From Candidatus Omnitrophota bacterium (GTDB lineage: Bacteria; Omnitrophota; Gorgyraeia; Aquiviventales; Aquiviventaceae), in the NCBI GenBank assembly GCA_023247255.1, contig JAHFGV010000006.1, forward strand, positions 14,231 through 78,230: a stretch of 64,000 nt of DNA. The letters are read 5' to 3'. Shown here piece by piece: positions 8,723 to 18,678 of this stretch. Under the pieces are notes generated by a model. That model was not told where the DNA came from. It made no database searches and saw only the letters and a list, made by a program, of their open reading frames with translations. Position 1 is the first letter of the stretch, and every line of letters starts with the position of its first letter. Position numbers and translations under genes: made by a program.

Positions 8723-9568
8723 ATGAAACTGTTTAGTCGGCACCATACAGCCTTTGTGCGGCGATCCAAGAGGGATATTCCCGCAGGCCTGTGGACCAAA
8801 TGCGAATCCTGCGGCCAGTTGATCTACAACAAGGCGCTCGAAGAGCAGCTTCGGGTTTGCTTCAAGTGTGATTTCCATTTTCCATTGTCCGCCCACCAAC
8901 GACTGGCCCTTACCATCGATGCTGGAACCTTTGAGGAATGGGACGCAGAGCTTGCTCCCATCGATCCGCTGCAGTTTGATGTGCCAAAGCCATATCTAGG
9001 GAAGGTGGTTGAAGAGCAACGCGCGTGCGGGATGACGGATGCCTGCATTAGCGGTTGTGGAAAGCTTGAGGGCTACGCTGTCGTGATAGGCATTACCGAT
9101 TCCCGATTCATGATGGGCTCGATGGGCTCGGTGGTTGGAGAAAAACTGACCCGTGCCATTGAACGCGCCACCCATCGACGCTTGCCCCTGATTATCATCT
9201 CTGGATCCGGAGGAGGCGCTCGAATGCAGGAAGGGATGTTCAGCTTGATGCAGATGGCTAAAACCTCCAGCGCCTTGATGCGTTTTGACGAACAAGGAGG
9301 ATTATTCGTCTCGGTGCTGACTCATCCAACCATGGCTGGTGTTCTGGCCAGCTTTGCGACGTTGGGAGATATTATCCTCGCGGAGCCCAAGGCCCTGATC
9401 GGTTTTACCGGACCCCGTGTCATCGAATCGACGATTCGGCAAAAGCTGCCGGAAGGTTTTCAGCGTTCCGAATTCCTCCTCGAACACGGTCTCATTGACT
9501 TGATTGTGCATCGTCGGGATATGAAGCTTACCATCGCCCGTCTCATTCGCCATCTCATTCCCAGTTAA
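8723..9568 (+). CDS. accD: Acetyl-CoA carboxylase carboxyltransferase subunit beta
   Basis: N-terminal zinc ribbon (CESCGQLIY...CFKCDFHF) followed by the carboxyltransferase domain (GSMGSVVGEK...SGGARMQEG). The stop TAA sits inside the TSD of the downstream MITE. Confidence 0.85.
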   Translation: MKLFSRHHTAFVRRSKRDIPAGLWTKCESCGQLIYNKALEEQLRVCFKCDFHFPLSAHQRLALTIDAGTFEEWDAELAPIDPLQFDVPKPYLGKVVEEQRACGMTDACISGCGKLEGYAVVIGITDSRFMMGSMGSVVGEKLTRAIERATHRRLPLIIISGSGGGARMQEGMFSLMQMAKTSSALMRFDEQGGLFVSVLTHPTMAGVLASFATLGDIILAEPKALIGFTGPRVIESTIRQKLPEGFQRSEFLLEHGLIDLIVHRRDMKLTIARLIRHLIPS

Positions 9569-9570
9569 AA

Positions 9571-9811
9571 GTGGGCTTTTGCAAAAATAGCCAACGCGTT
9601 GACCGAGTGTTATGTCCTATTCCAAGAGAAGCAATGAGGATTGTGTCATGTTTCATGAGTCATGTGTCATGAAAAAGCAGAAAATAAACAGGTATCTCAA
9701 GCATAGCCAAAGGGGCTCTTTTGCTTTCCATGACTCATGACACATAACACATGACTCATGACACAGACGTGAGCGCTGCCACTAATCTCGATGCATTTTG
9801 CAAAACCTCAG
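9571..9811 (+). mobile_element. MITE-like element, intact copy, + orientation; TSD TTAAAA
   Basis: Same termini (GTGGGCTTTTGCAAAAATAGCC ... GCATTTTGCAAAACCTCAG). TTAAAA at 9565-9570 (includes the accD stop codon) and at 9812-9817. About 97% identical to the copy at 8357. Confidence 0.8.
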
Positions 9812-9839
9812 TTAAAATAAAAACAGGGGAGTTGGGCAC

Positions 9840-10943
9840 ATGGCCCAAGTAAGATTGTTGAATATCTCAAAAATGTATTCGGGAGGCAACGTCGCCGTTA
9901 AGGATGCCAGCCTCAATGTGGAAAGCCGCGAGTTTCTGGTTATCGTCGGCCCTTCCGGGTGTGGAAAATCCACGTTGCTTCGAATGATTGCGGGTCTGGA
10001 AGAGCTGAGCAGTGGCGAGATTTGGATCGGCGATAAACGAGTGAACTCGATTCCGCCCAAAGATCGCGATATCGCCATGGTGTTTCAGAACTATGCCTTG
10101 TATCCGCATATGACGGTGTTTGAAAACATGGCTTTTGGCCTACGTCTGCGAGGATACACCCGGCGTGAAATCGAGCAACGGGTTCGCGATGCCGCCTCTA
10201 TTCTGGGTATTGAATCCTATCTTCAACGCAAGCCGAAGGAACTCTCAGGTGGGGAACGTCAGCGTGTGGCCGTAGGCAGGGCGATTGTCCGAAAACCGAT
10301 GGTCTTTCTGTTTGACGAGCCCCTTTCGAATCTGGATGCCAAATTACGGGTGCAGATGCGCACGGAGATCCGCAAGCTGCATCTGAAGCTTCAGACCACG
10401 ATGATTTATGTGACTCACGACCAAACAGAGGCGATGACCATGGGGGATCGCATCGTGGTAATGAACAAAGCGTTGATTCAACAGGTGGCGGATCCACTCA
10501 CGATTTATGAGCATCCGGCGAATCTGTTCGTGGCCAGTTTCATCGGGGCGCCACCGATGAATTTTCTAAAGGGAACGATCAACCGAATGGGCGAGACCGT
10601 ATTGTTCAAGAACGAGTCCGTCCGCTTGCGGGTAGTGGAAGAAATGGCCAGCCGACTGATCCATTGTGAACACCAACCCGTGATTTTGGGTATTCGACCC
10701 GAGGATTTGTACGACAAGCTGTTTATCATGGATGCCCCACCAGACACCGTCTTGACGGCGACCGTCGAGGTTGTGGAACCTATGGGGGCGGAGGTGTATC
10801 TGCATTTGAAGATCGGTTCCCATGCGCTCGTTGCACGAGTTGGTCCTCACAACCGTCCGGAAGTCAATCAGGATATCGATGTGGTGTTTGATATGGGGAA
10901 AGTCCATTTCTTTGACGCAACGACTCAGGCGGCAATTGTCTGA
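9840..10943 (+). CDS. ABC transporter ATP-binding protein, MalK/UgpC (carbohydrate uptake) type; orphan, with no permease or SBP in the window
   Basis: Walker [13 protein letters not shown] signature LSGGERQR, Walker B VFLFDEP, and a C-terminal TOBE/MalK-like regulatory domain. Confidence 0.8.
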   Translation: MAQVRLLNISKMYSGGNVAVKDASLNVESREFLVIVGPSGCGKSTLLRMIAGLEELSSGEIWIGDKRVNSIPPKDRDIAMVFQNYALYPHMTVFENMAFGLRLRGYTRREIEQRVRDAASILGIESYLQRKPKELSGGERQRVAVGRAIVRKPMVFLFDEPLSNLDAKLRVQMRTEIRKLHLKLQTTMIYVTHDQTEAMTMGDRIVVMNKALIQQVADPLTIYEHPANLFVASFIGAPPMNFLKGTINRMGETVLFKNESVRLRVVEEMASRLIHCEHQPVILGIRPEDLYDKLFIMDAPPDTVLTATVEVVEPMGAEVYLHLKIGSHALVARVGPHNRPEVNQDIDVVFDMGKVHFFDATTQAAIV

Positions 10944-10969
10944 TCGGAAACACCCTATTTCCTTCACCT

Positions 10970-12397
10970 ATGGCTGAGAATTCCACACTCAAACCCATCA
11001 GCGCCATTCGCTGGCTGGTTGCTTTTGCCAGCGGCCTGGTATGCGCCAGCCTGCTGATGTCGAGTTCGCTCCAGAGCCTTGGAGAACTCAGCCATATCTT
11101 CTGCCTGGTGGCGATTGCCCTGGTGGCTTATTCCTGGGTGTTGTATTCCATGACCATGAGTATCGGTATCAGCGCGATCACGTTTCTGTGCGTGGTCTGG
11201 GTGTGGGCCCTTCAACGCTCGGTATTGCTTGGAATCGATCTTGTGGCACTGATGTTTTTGCTGGGCATCGGGTTTTGGCAGATGCGGCGTCGGTTCAGAC
11301 GGTTTCAACGAATGAGCCAGGTATTGGATGACTTGCGTGAAGAGACTACGGTTAAGGAACAGGCAGTCTCCCATGCCACCCAGCTGCGGGATGCCCTTCA
11401 AAAAAAGCTCTACCGCTACACGCAACTCCAAGCGATTGCCGAACGCTTGAGCTATTTGACGGAATTTAACGGTATCGCGCAGCTTGCGGTTGAAAGTGCC
11501 TTTTCCCTGATTGGCAAATCGGATGCCTGTTTGTTGCTTCTGCTGGATACGCATCACCAGGAACTTTCCCTGATCGCCTCAAAGAAACATGACGGGTCTA
11601 TGGCCATTCGAGCCAAGCATGGGGACCCGTTTGACCGCTATGTGCTGCGCACCCATCGTCCATTGATTGTAAGCGATGTGCGGCGAGATTTCCGGTTCAC
11701 CACTATGGGATTTTCCGACCGCTGTGTGAGTTCCGTGATCGCGTGTCCGATTTTGCTGAATCAAGGAGTGGCAGGGGTGCTTCGCCTGGATAGTGCGCAG
11801 CCGGCGGTCTATAGCCAGGATGATTTGCGATTTTTGGACGTCCTGCTGGGATTGGTGGAAACGGCAATGGCCAATGCGCAATTGTTTGAAAAAACTCAGC
11901 AGCTTGCCATTACCGATGGGCTAACCGGCTTGCTTTTAGCCCGGCCGCTATCGGAGCAGTTGGGACGCGAGTTGGTTCGAGCCGACCGCAACCATGAGCC
12001 GATTTCGGTATTGATGCTAGACATCGACCACTTTAAACAATACAACGACAAGTACGGCCATCCGGCCGGTGATGGGGTGTTGAAACGGGTGGCCGATATC
12101 TTGCGGCGTGTCGTTCCTCCAGATGCGGCCGTCGCTCGTTATGGAGGTGAGGAGTTTATTATTTTATTGCCGCGTATGATTCGTGAAGAGGCCCGTGTCG
12201 TTGCAGAATCCATTCGGTCTCAGGTTGCCGAACAAGCTCTCAGGCCAGAATCAGGGATGCGGATTAAGATCACCCTGTCGATTGGAATCGTTTGTTTTCC
12301 TGAAGATGCCCGGACAGAAGTGGAGTTGATCCGTATCGCTGATCAACGACTCTATCAAGCGAAACACGATGGGCGAAATCGGGTGTGCGCGTTATGA
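10970..12397 (+). CDS. Membrane-anchored GAF-GGDEF diguanylate cyclase
   Basis: N-terminal TM helices, a central GAF-like region and a C-terminal GGDEF domain with RYGGEEF active-site motif. Confidence 0.75.
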   Translation: MAENSTLKPISAIRWLVAFASGLVCASLLMSSSLQSLGELSHIFCLVAIALVAYSWVLYSMTMSIGISAITFLCVVWVWALQRSVLLGIDLVALMFLLGIGFWQMRRRFRRFQRMSQVLDDLREETTVKEQAVSHATQLRDALQKKLYRYTQLQAIAERLSYLTEFNGIAQLAVESAFSLIGKSDACLLLLLDTHHQELSLIASKKHDGSMAIRAKHGDPFDRYVLRTHRPLIVSDVRRDFRFTTMGFSDRCVSSVIACPILLNQGVAGVLRLDSAQPAVYSQDDLRFLDVLLGLVETAMANAQLFEKTQQLAITDGLTGLLLARPLSEQLGRELVRADRNHEPISVLMLDIDHFKQYNDKYGHPAGDGVLKRVADILRRVVPPDAAVARYGGEEFIILLPRMIREEARVVAESIRSQVAEQALRPESGMRIKITLSIGIVCFPEDARTEVELIRIADQRLYQAKHDGRNRVCAL

Positions 12398-13698
12398 TTC
12401 CGACAATGATTTGTTGGCTTCTGGCAATGGAATCTGGCTTATCCTGGGCGGCGCGATGGACAGTAATCCTGGATCTGGTCACGATACTGGTTTTCACCGT
12501 CACCGAGGGTAGGCTTCTGAACCAATGGAACGGTTGGGCGCAACTGGCCATTTTAGGGATCACCCCCTGGCTTTTGGCCATTCAGCGCATGCGGGATGAA
12601 CGGTTGCTCAAAACCCAGCAGGCCGAAGAAGCCAGAGAGTTGAACCATCTGTCTGATCGCTCGCGAAATCTTCTATCGATCCAGCATCAGACGCAGAAAA
12701 CCGAACGTCAGATCGCCGAAATCACCGATGCCTATCATGTGACTCGTGAGGCCTCTAAAACCTTGCGTCTGACGGAGCTTTTTTCCATCTTGCTCGATCT
12801 TGCCCCTCGGTTGCTCAATGTGAAGACCTTGAGGTTGATCGATCTGTCTACGGATCGCTGGCAGGTTCTACGAGCGCATCAACTTCCGGATGGTCAGATC
12901 GTGATGGTTGGTTCCAGCCCAGATGTCCCAGCGGATTATGCGACGCAAGTGCCCTCACAGACCGAGCGGGTGATTATTCAAGAAGCGGCTTCGATGGATC
13001 ACGGTTATCGAGACCCTATCGGATGGATACAGGAAGGAGATTCTCGTTTTAGCTGGACTCCCTTGTGGTGGAACCGACAGCTCAGCGGTGTGCTGGTTGT
13101 GGAGTCGCTCGCAGAATCGCAGAAAAAAGTGCTCTTGATGATCGCCAACCAACTGTCCCTGCAACTTTCTCGGATTCTTCTTTATCAGCAAGTGGAGTCT
13201 CTTGCAGTGACGGATGCTTTGACAGGTCTTTTTGTGCGTCGTTACTTCGTGGAACGCGCAAAGGAAGAACTCGCCCGTGCGCAACATCACGATTTGCCTG
13301 CCACTTTGGTGATGGTGGATTTGGATCATTTCAAGCAGAAGAACGACACATACGGCCATCTGGTCGGTGACATCGTTCTGACGGAAGTGGCGCAATTGTT
13401 GCAGCGGAATTTGCGGGAAGTGGATTTGATTGCCCGTTACGGAGGTGAAGAGTTCATTTTACTTTTGGTAGAGACGACGCTTGACCAGGCGGTGCCGGTT
13501 GCCGAGCGACTCAGACAAATTATCGAGCTGCATCCGATTCGCGCCTATGATGAGCTGTTGTCCCAGACCGTCAGTTTGGGTATCGCTGGGTTTCCTAGGG
13601 ATGGACAGACGCTTGAGGCGTTGATCGAAAAAGCCGATGAGGCCCTGTACGCCGCCAAGAAAGCGGGACGCAACCGGCTCATGGGCAGTCACCTTTAG
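12385..13698 (+). CDS. Membrane-anchored GAF-GGDEF diguanylate cyclase (tandem paralog)
   Basis: Same architecture; RYGGEEF motif; overlaps the upstream paralog by 13 bp. Confidence 0.75.
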   Translation: MRVMIPTMICWLLAMESGLSWAARWTVILDLVTILVFTVTEGRLLNQWNGWAQLAILGITPWLLAIQRMRDERLLKTQQAEEARELNHLSDRSRNLLSIQHQTQKTERQIAEITDAYHVTREASKTLRLTELFSILLDLAPRLLNVKTLRLIDLSTDRWQVLRAHQLPDGQIVMVGSSPDVPADYATQVPSQTERVIIQEAASMDHGYRDPIGWIQEGDSRFSWTPLWWNRQLSGVLVVESLAESQKKVLLMIANQLSLQLSRILLYQQVESLAVTDALTGLFVRRYFVERAKEELARAQHHDLPATLVMVDLDHFKQKNDTYGHLVGDIVLTEVAQLLQRNLREVDLIARYGGEEFILLLVETTLDQAVPVAERLRQIIELHPIRAYDELLSQTVSLGIAGFPRDGQTLEALIEKADEALYAAKKAGRNRLMGSHL

Positions 13699-13770
13699 CG
13701 GGGCATGGCTCATTCGTTTAAATCCGACGCTAGAGGACTTTTACCGGACACCTAACGTCCTGCGCCTGGT

Positions 13771-14847
13771 GTGAGGGAGTCGCTATCCATGCGAAAAAAC
13801 GTTGCCATCCGCCGTAGAACTCTTGCGAGGTCTGTTAATGGCAAATGGGTGGTGGGTATCGATGTCGGTGGAACGAATGTGAAAGTCGGACTCGTTAGCC
13901 CTCAAAGACGGGTAGTGCGTCTGTGTTTATTCGCGACTCAGACCTATCAGAAGCCCGATAGCTTCGTCGTTAAGATAAGTGAGGTCGTTCAATCGCTTCT
14001 GGAGCAGGCAGGCTTGGGAATTTCAAAATTGGAAGGTATCGGGATCGGACTTCCCGGGCCGGTAGATGTGGATCGAGGGATTGTGCACTCTTGCGTGAAC
14101 ATTCCCGCTTGGCAGGAGTTTCCCCTTCGTCGCATTCTCAAACGGCGCTTGAACTGCGAGGTTTTCGTTGATAACGATGTTAATGTGACTGCCCTGGGGG
14201 TTTGGATGTTCGGTTCAGGCCGTGGGTTTTGTCATCTTGTCTGTGTGACCATTGGTACTGGCGTGGGAGGGGGGCTGATCTTGCATGGATCGCTCTATCG
14301 AGGCAGCAATGGCTCGGCTGGTGAGATCGGTCATATGGCGGTCAATCCCCGTGGCCGAATCTGTGCGTGTGGAGCGCGAGGATGCCTGGAAACAGAGATA
14401 GGCAGCTTGGCCATCATGGATCGCGCGCGAAAAGCAGTCGATCGAAAGCCGGGGCCATTGAGGAATCTGGCGCGAAAAGCATACGGACGACTGACACCGG
14501 ATCTAGTTTGTCAGGCGGCTTCCCGTGGGGATGCGGCGGCCAAAGCAATATGGGACGAAGTGGGCTATTGGCTGGGCGTGGGGCTTGCGAATCTCGTCAA
14601 CCTTTTGAACCCGGATGGTATCGTGATCGGTGGTGGGATTGCCAATGCGTGGAAGTTCTTTTCTCCGGTGATGATGCGGACCTTGCGGACTCAAGCGATG
14701 ACTCTTTCAGCGCGGACCGTACGGGTGGTTCGGGATGAATTGGGATCGCAGGCCGGTATCTTGGGAGCAACGGTGCTTGTCCAACAACTTGGCAAAAGGG
14801 GGCTAGCAACCAATGAAGATTTTTTTGGACTCGGCAAACCTGGTTGA
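13771..14847 (+). CDS. ROK family sugar kinase/regulator
   Basis: GIDVGGTNVKVGLV ATP-binding N-terminus and the ROK zinc motif CACGARGCLE. The start may be an internal Met (13789). Confidence 0.7.
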   Translation: MRESLSMRKNVAIRRRTLARSVNGKWVVGIDVGGTNVKVGLVSPQRRVVRLCLFATQTYQKPDSFVVKISEVVQSLLEQAGLGISKLEGIGIGLPGPVDVDRGIVHSCVNIPAWQEFPLRRILKRRLNCEVFVDNDVNVTALGVWMFGSGRGFCHLVCVTIGTGVGGGLILHGSLYRGSNGSAGEIGHMAVNPRGRICACGARGCLETEIGSLAIMDRARKAVDRKPGPLRNLARKAYGRLTPDLVCQAASRGDAAAKAIWDEVGYWLGVGLANLVNLLNPDGIVIGGGIANAWKFFSPVMMRTLRTQAMTLSARTVRVVRDELGSQAGILGATVLVQQLGKRGLATNEDFFGLGKPG

Positions 14848-15511
14848 AATTAAAGAGGCCGTGAGTTGGGGGGCCATTGACGGGGTGACCACTAACCCAA
14901 GCCTTGTCTCCAAAGAACAGCAGGACTTCTTTGAGTTGCTCCGGACGATTTGCGAAATCGTGAACGGCCCGGTGAGTATGGAGACGATTTCAAAAGACGC
15001 CGCAGGGATGGCGCAGGAGGGCAGGCAGTTCAGCGCCCTTCATCCCAACATTATCGTCAAATGCCCACTGACGAAAGAAGGTTTGAAAGCGACACGGCAA
15101 TTGGCCAGTGAGCATATCCGCGTCAATGTTACTCTCTGTTTTTCACCCTCTCAAGCCTTGCTCGCTGCCAAGGCCGGTGCCTTCTATGTGTCTCCTTTCA
15201 TCGGTCGTCTCGATGATATCAGCAACGATGGAATGCAGTTAATCCGCCAGATCAAGACGATCTATGCCAACTACCGATTTCCAACCCAGATCTTGGTCGC
15301 AAGCGTCCGGCACCCGATCCATGTGGTGGAGGCGGCTCAGATCGGCGCGGACATCGCCACGATGCCGTTCGGTACGCTGGAAGCTTTGATCAGACACCCA
15401 CTGACTGATATAGGATTGGAACGATTCTTGAAGGACTGGGAACGACTGCCGCAATCCGCTCGGAATCTAATCAACCCGAACGTAGGATCTCTGGCAAAAG
15501 CAGTTCGCTGA
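14813..15511 (+). CDS. tal: Transaldolase / fructose-6-phosphate aldolase family (short form)
   Basis: MKIFLDSANLVEIKEA...GVTTNPSL and catalytic Lys context (IVKCP), typical of ~220-aa Tal/FSA enzymes. Confidence 0.8.
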   Translation: MKIFLDSANLVEIKEAVSWGAIDGVTTNPSLVSKEQQDFFELLRTICEIVNGPVSMETISKDAAGMAQEGRQFSALHPNIIVKCPLTKEGLKATRQLASEHIRVNVTLCFSPSQALLAAKAGAFYVSPFIGRLDDISNDGMQLIRQIKTIYANYRFPTQILVASVRHPIHVVEAAQIGADIATMPFGTLEALIRHPLTDIGLERFLKDWERLPQSARNLINPNVGSLAKAVR

Positions 15512-15540
15512 CGGCCATTTTTGTTTCTGGAGCTTAGGTA

Positions 15541-18500
15541 GTGAAACGATCGCTCTGTGGGTTACTGGTCTTGTGTGCGGCTTTCACCCTGGGTGTCTCT
15601 GCCTGGGCCTCTGACGCAGACGTTACCCATCATTGGCAGCGAGCCAAGCACCTGTTAAAGGAAGGCGACTATCAAGGGGCATTGGATTCCCTAGAGCAAA
15701 TCCTTTCGCTCAACCCCGATGATTTACTGGCCCAGGGATACCGGAGTCTTTGCGAACAACGTTTGAGAGATCCTCGGTCGATCAAACAACTTTCTCCATC
15801 GGAACTTTCGAAGCTGGAGAATAGACTTCGTCAGGAAGCACAGGCGCAGCGGAAGGCGAGCAGCCAGCAAAAAATTAGAGAACGAACATTCCGCATTGAA
15901 CAACGCCAGTGGGACCAGAAGCTTTCTGCCCAAAGGCGGCAAGCTCAACAGACCCAACAAACCCACGCCCCTCCCAAACAACAGAGCCTTCCTGTAACGG
16001 ATAAGCAGCAGAAAGAATCCCCACCTCTTGAGTCGACTCTGCTCCAAGAACAGGATAAATCGGTGTCTGAAGCGGCTTTGGAAGAAGCTGTTCCAGACGC
16101 AAATGAAACGCCTCCCTTAGAAACAAGCACCCCTGTAATCGAATCCCGCCAACAGAAACTTGAAGACGTTGCGGCAAGCCTGCCCCATCAGAGAGACACT
16201 GCCTCTGACCGTGGGCACCAGGATGTGCCTCCTGGATCGCGTGGACAGGATGTCGCCCCACCTACAGAACAAGAATTGGAATCACTGCCTTCACGGTCCG
16301 AAGAAGAATCTGTCGGCCTTAAGTCCGACGAGCAAAAGGAACAAGATGAGGAAAAAGTGGAGATTCACGCCGACCAAATGATCGTCTCCCCTGAGCGAAA
16401 ACGAGCCACTGCACAAGGCGATGTGGAATTAGAATACGGTTCCATAACCATGACCTGTGACCGGATGACCCTGTTCACCGATACCCATGATCTTTATGCG
16501 CAAGGAGACGTGTGGATCAAAGATGGCCAGAAGATCTTTCAGGGCCAGGCCATGCACACTAACACCGATACGAAAAAAGGCCGATTCCTTCAAGGACGCC
16601 TCGCCTCTTTGCCATGGTATGAATCCGGTCGGCTCATCGAGCAGATCAGCGAAGGGGTGTATCGGGTTCACTCCGGGGAGTTTACTTCCTGTGATCACGA
16701 GCCGCCTCACTTTAAGTTTACGGCGCGCCAGGCCACTGTCTTTGGCGATGACAGCATCGTCCGCGCGCGACATGCGAGTCTGCGGGTGGGTAACATGCCT
16801 GTTCTTTATTTACCCTGGCTGTCCGTTGCGGACCGACGATCCCCATTCTACATTATTCCAGGCAAACGAAAGCCCTGGGGAGAATATACCTTGATGGGAT
16901 ATCGTTATGAGTTACCCGAACAACCTGGCTCCCTTCGCCAGCAGGGTACGTTAAAAGTCGATTGGAGGCGCTATTTTGGATGGGGGGTGGGTTGGGACCA
17001 CCAGATCGAATCCGACACCCTGGGCAGCGGACTGCTCAAGACTTACTACAATGACGAGCCCAACCAGAGAGAACCCAAAAGCGCTCATCCTAAGGGTGCG
17101 GAAATCAATCGCTACCGCCTACTTTGGCGCCACCTTTGGAGGCCTCGCGAAGATACGGTGGTGTTGACAGACATTCAGGAATTCAGCGACGTGAATTTCC
17201 GGAAGGAGCTTTTATTCCAGGAGGAGTTCGTGAATGACGATCAACCGGAGAGTTTCATTTCTTCCGTTACTTCCATGAGCGCTTATACGTTCAGCGGCCT
17301 GTTGCGAAAACGGATGAACCGTTTTCAAACAGTGACTGAGGCGCTTCCTCAAATGACCGTGGATGTCCGTCCGCAGCGCTTGGGCAGAAGCCAGTTCTAC
17401 ACGGACAGCCATCTGGATTTCGCAAACTTCCAGACAGTACGCGCCCATTCGGATAACGATACGGATGTGGTGCGCGTGGACTGGCTGCAGCAATTGAGTT
17501 ACGCTCTGAATTGGTTCCGTCCCATAGAGATCACGCCCAGAGCAGGCATCCGCCAGACGTATTACACCAAGGATAAGCAGGGAGGCAGCGAAAGACCGGA
17601 TGGTATGCGGAATCTTATCAGCGGCCAGCTATCGTTTGGAACCGATGCAAGCCTCAAGCTTTTTCGGATCTTTCCGGTTGTTACCAACTGGTTGGGGCTG
17701 GATTTGTTCTGGCTGCGTCATGTGTTGACCCCGACGATCAGCTATCAGTATACGCACCAGCCCACCGTGCCCAATAGCTTGTTGGAATTTCCAACTGCCG
17801 GTTCCCCCGCAAATACTCTGACGTTTGGCATTGAAAACAAGTTACAAACCAGACGTTCCGATGCCGGCACTTCCCGCCACAACGTAGATCTGGCACGTTT
17901 TCTGGTGTCCCTACCCTATACCTTTCGCGGGAATGCGAACAAACAAGGAGGACGATTGGGTAATTGGGCTTTCGATTTAGAGATCACCCCTTGGCGGTGG
18001 ATGCGCCTCGAAGCCGACTGGAGCTATCGAACGATTTTTCCAAAAGGACAGTCTGATTCCCGAGTGCCCGGTTTCAATCTTGACTGGGTGGTAACCGGTG
18101 GGGCAGGCGATCGACAGCTTTCGGTAACGCAGCTTCCCAAACTTCAGGCCCCTGAGCCTGGGCAATTTGGAGTCGAGAGGCTTGAGCTCACCCAGATGAT
18201 GCCCAAAGGCCAATGGTACCTCGGGCTGGGACACCGTTATTCACATAACGATAAGACCGAGGCCGTGTTACAGTGGGACTGGCAGGCGACGGAGAAATGG
18301 CAGATCGGGACTTTCCACCGCTTGACATGGAAAGAAGCCATCGGGGGTTCCAAACGCTTTTATAACTTCCGTGAATATCAATACCGGCTGCGCCGGGATT
18401 TGCACGATTGGATTGCGGAATTGAGCTACCACGTCGATCGCGAGTTCGGTGAGGAACTCTTTTTTATAATGACCCTGAAGGCCTTTCCTCAAATGCCCCT

Positions 18501-18594
18501 GTCGCTGGGTGACTCCTATCATCAGCCTAAGATCGGTTCTCAAAACGATCCTTTTTCTCCCATGCGCAGCCAGCATCCCACCCCTGTTAATTAG
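15541..18594 (+). CDS. lptD: LPS-assembly outer-membrane protein LptD (OstA) with an unusually long N-terminal extension
   Basis: Signal peptide, then a TPR-like segment and a ~200-aa Q/E/P-rich low-complexity region, then the OstA N-domain (DQMIVSPERKRATAQGDVELEYGSITMTCDRM...) and a large C-terminal beta-barrel region; GTG start. Confidence 0.65.
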   Translation: MKRSLCGLLVLCAAFTLGVSAWASDADVTHHWQRAKHLLKEGDYQGALDSLEQILSLNPDDLLAQGYRSLCEQRLRDPRSIKQLSPSELSKLENRLRQEAQAQRKASSQQKIRERTFRIEQRQWDQKLSAQRRQAQQTQQTHAPPKQQSLPVTDKQQKESPPLESTLLQEQDKSVSEAALEEAVPDANETPPLETSTPVIESRQQKLEDVAASLPHQRDTASDRGHQDVPPGSRGQDVAPPTEQELESLPSRSEEESVGLKSDEQKEQDEEKVEIHADQMIVSPERKRATAQGDVELEYGSITMTCDRMTLFTDTHDLYAQGDVWIKDGQKIFQGQAMHTNTDTKKGRFLQGRLASLPWYESGRLIEQISEGVYRVHSGEFTSCDHEPPHFKFTARQATVFGDDSIVRARHASLRVGNMPVLYLPWLSVADRRSPFYIIPGKRKPWGEYTLMGYRYELPEQPGSLRQQGTLKVDWRRYFGWGVGWDHQIESDTLGSGLLKTYYNDEPNQREPKSAHPKGAEINRYRLLWRHLWRPREDTVVLTDIQEFSDVNFRKELLFQEEFVNDDQPESFISSVTSMSAYTFSGLLRKRMNRFQTVTEALPQMTVDVRPQRLGRSQFYTDSHLDFANFQTVRAHSDNDTDVVRVDWLQQLSYALNWFRPIEITPRAGIRQTYYTKDKQGGSERPDGMRNLISGQLSFGTDASLKLFRIFPVVTNWLGLDLFWLRHVLTPTISYQYTHQPTVPNSLLEFPTAGSPANTLTFGIENKLQTRRSDAGTSRHNVDLARFLVSLPYTFRGNANKQGGRLGNWAFDLEITPWRWMRLEADWSYRTIFPKGQSDSRVPGFNLDWVVTGGAGDRQLSVTQLPKLQAPEPGQFGVERLELTQMMPKGQWYLGLGHRYSHNDKTEAVLQWDWQATEKWQIGTFHRLTWKEAIGGSKRFYNFREYQYRLRRDLHDWIAELSYHVDREFGEELFFIMTLKAFPQMPLSLGDSYHQPKIGSQNDPFSPMRSQHPTPVN

Positions 18595-18678
18595 TCTGAA
18601 GCCTTGCTTTTGAGAGGGGGTAGGTTATAATACTGCGACATTCTCCCCCTTAACGTTCTGAAGCTCTAGCGAGGTCCC

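Noticed and set aside
10964-11557. 197-aa minus-strand ORF antisense to the N-terminus of the first GGDEF gene
   Set aside because: The + strand encodes a continuous TM plus GAF plus GGDEF protein; the antisense ORF is His/Gln/Arg-rich and implausible.
15724-16261. Minus-strand ORFs within the lptD low-complexity region
   Set aside because: Artefacts of the repetitive Q/E/P-rich coding sequence on the + strand.
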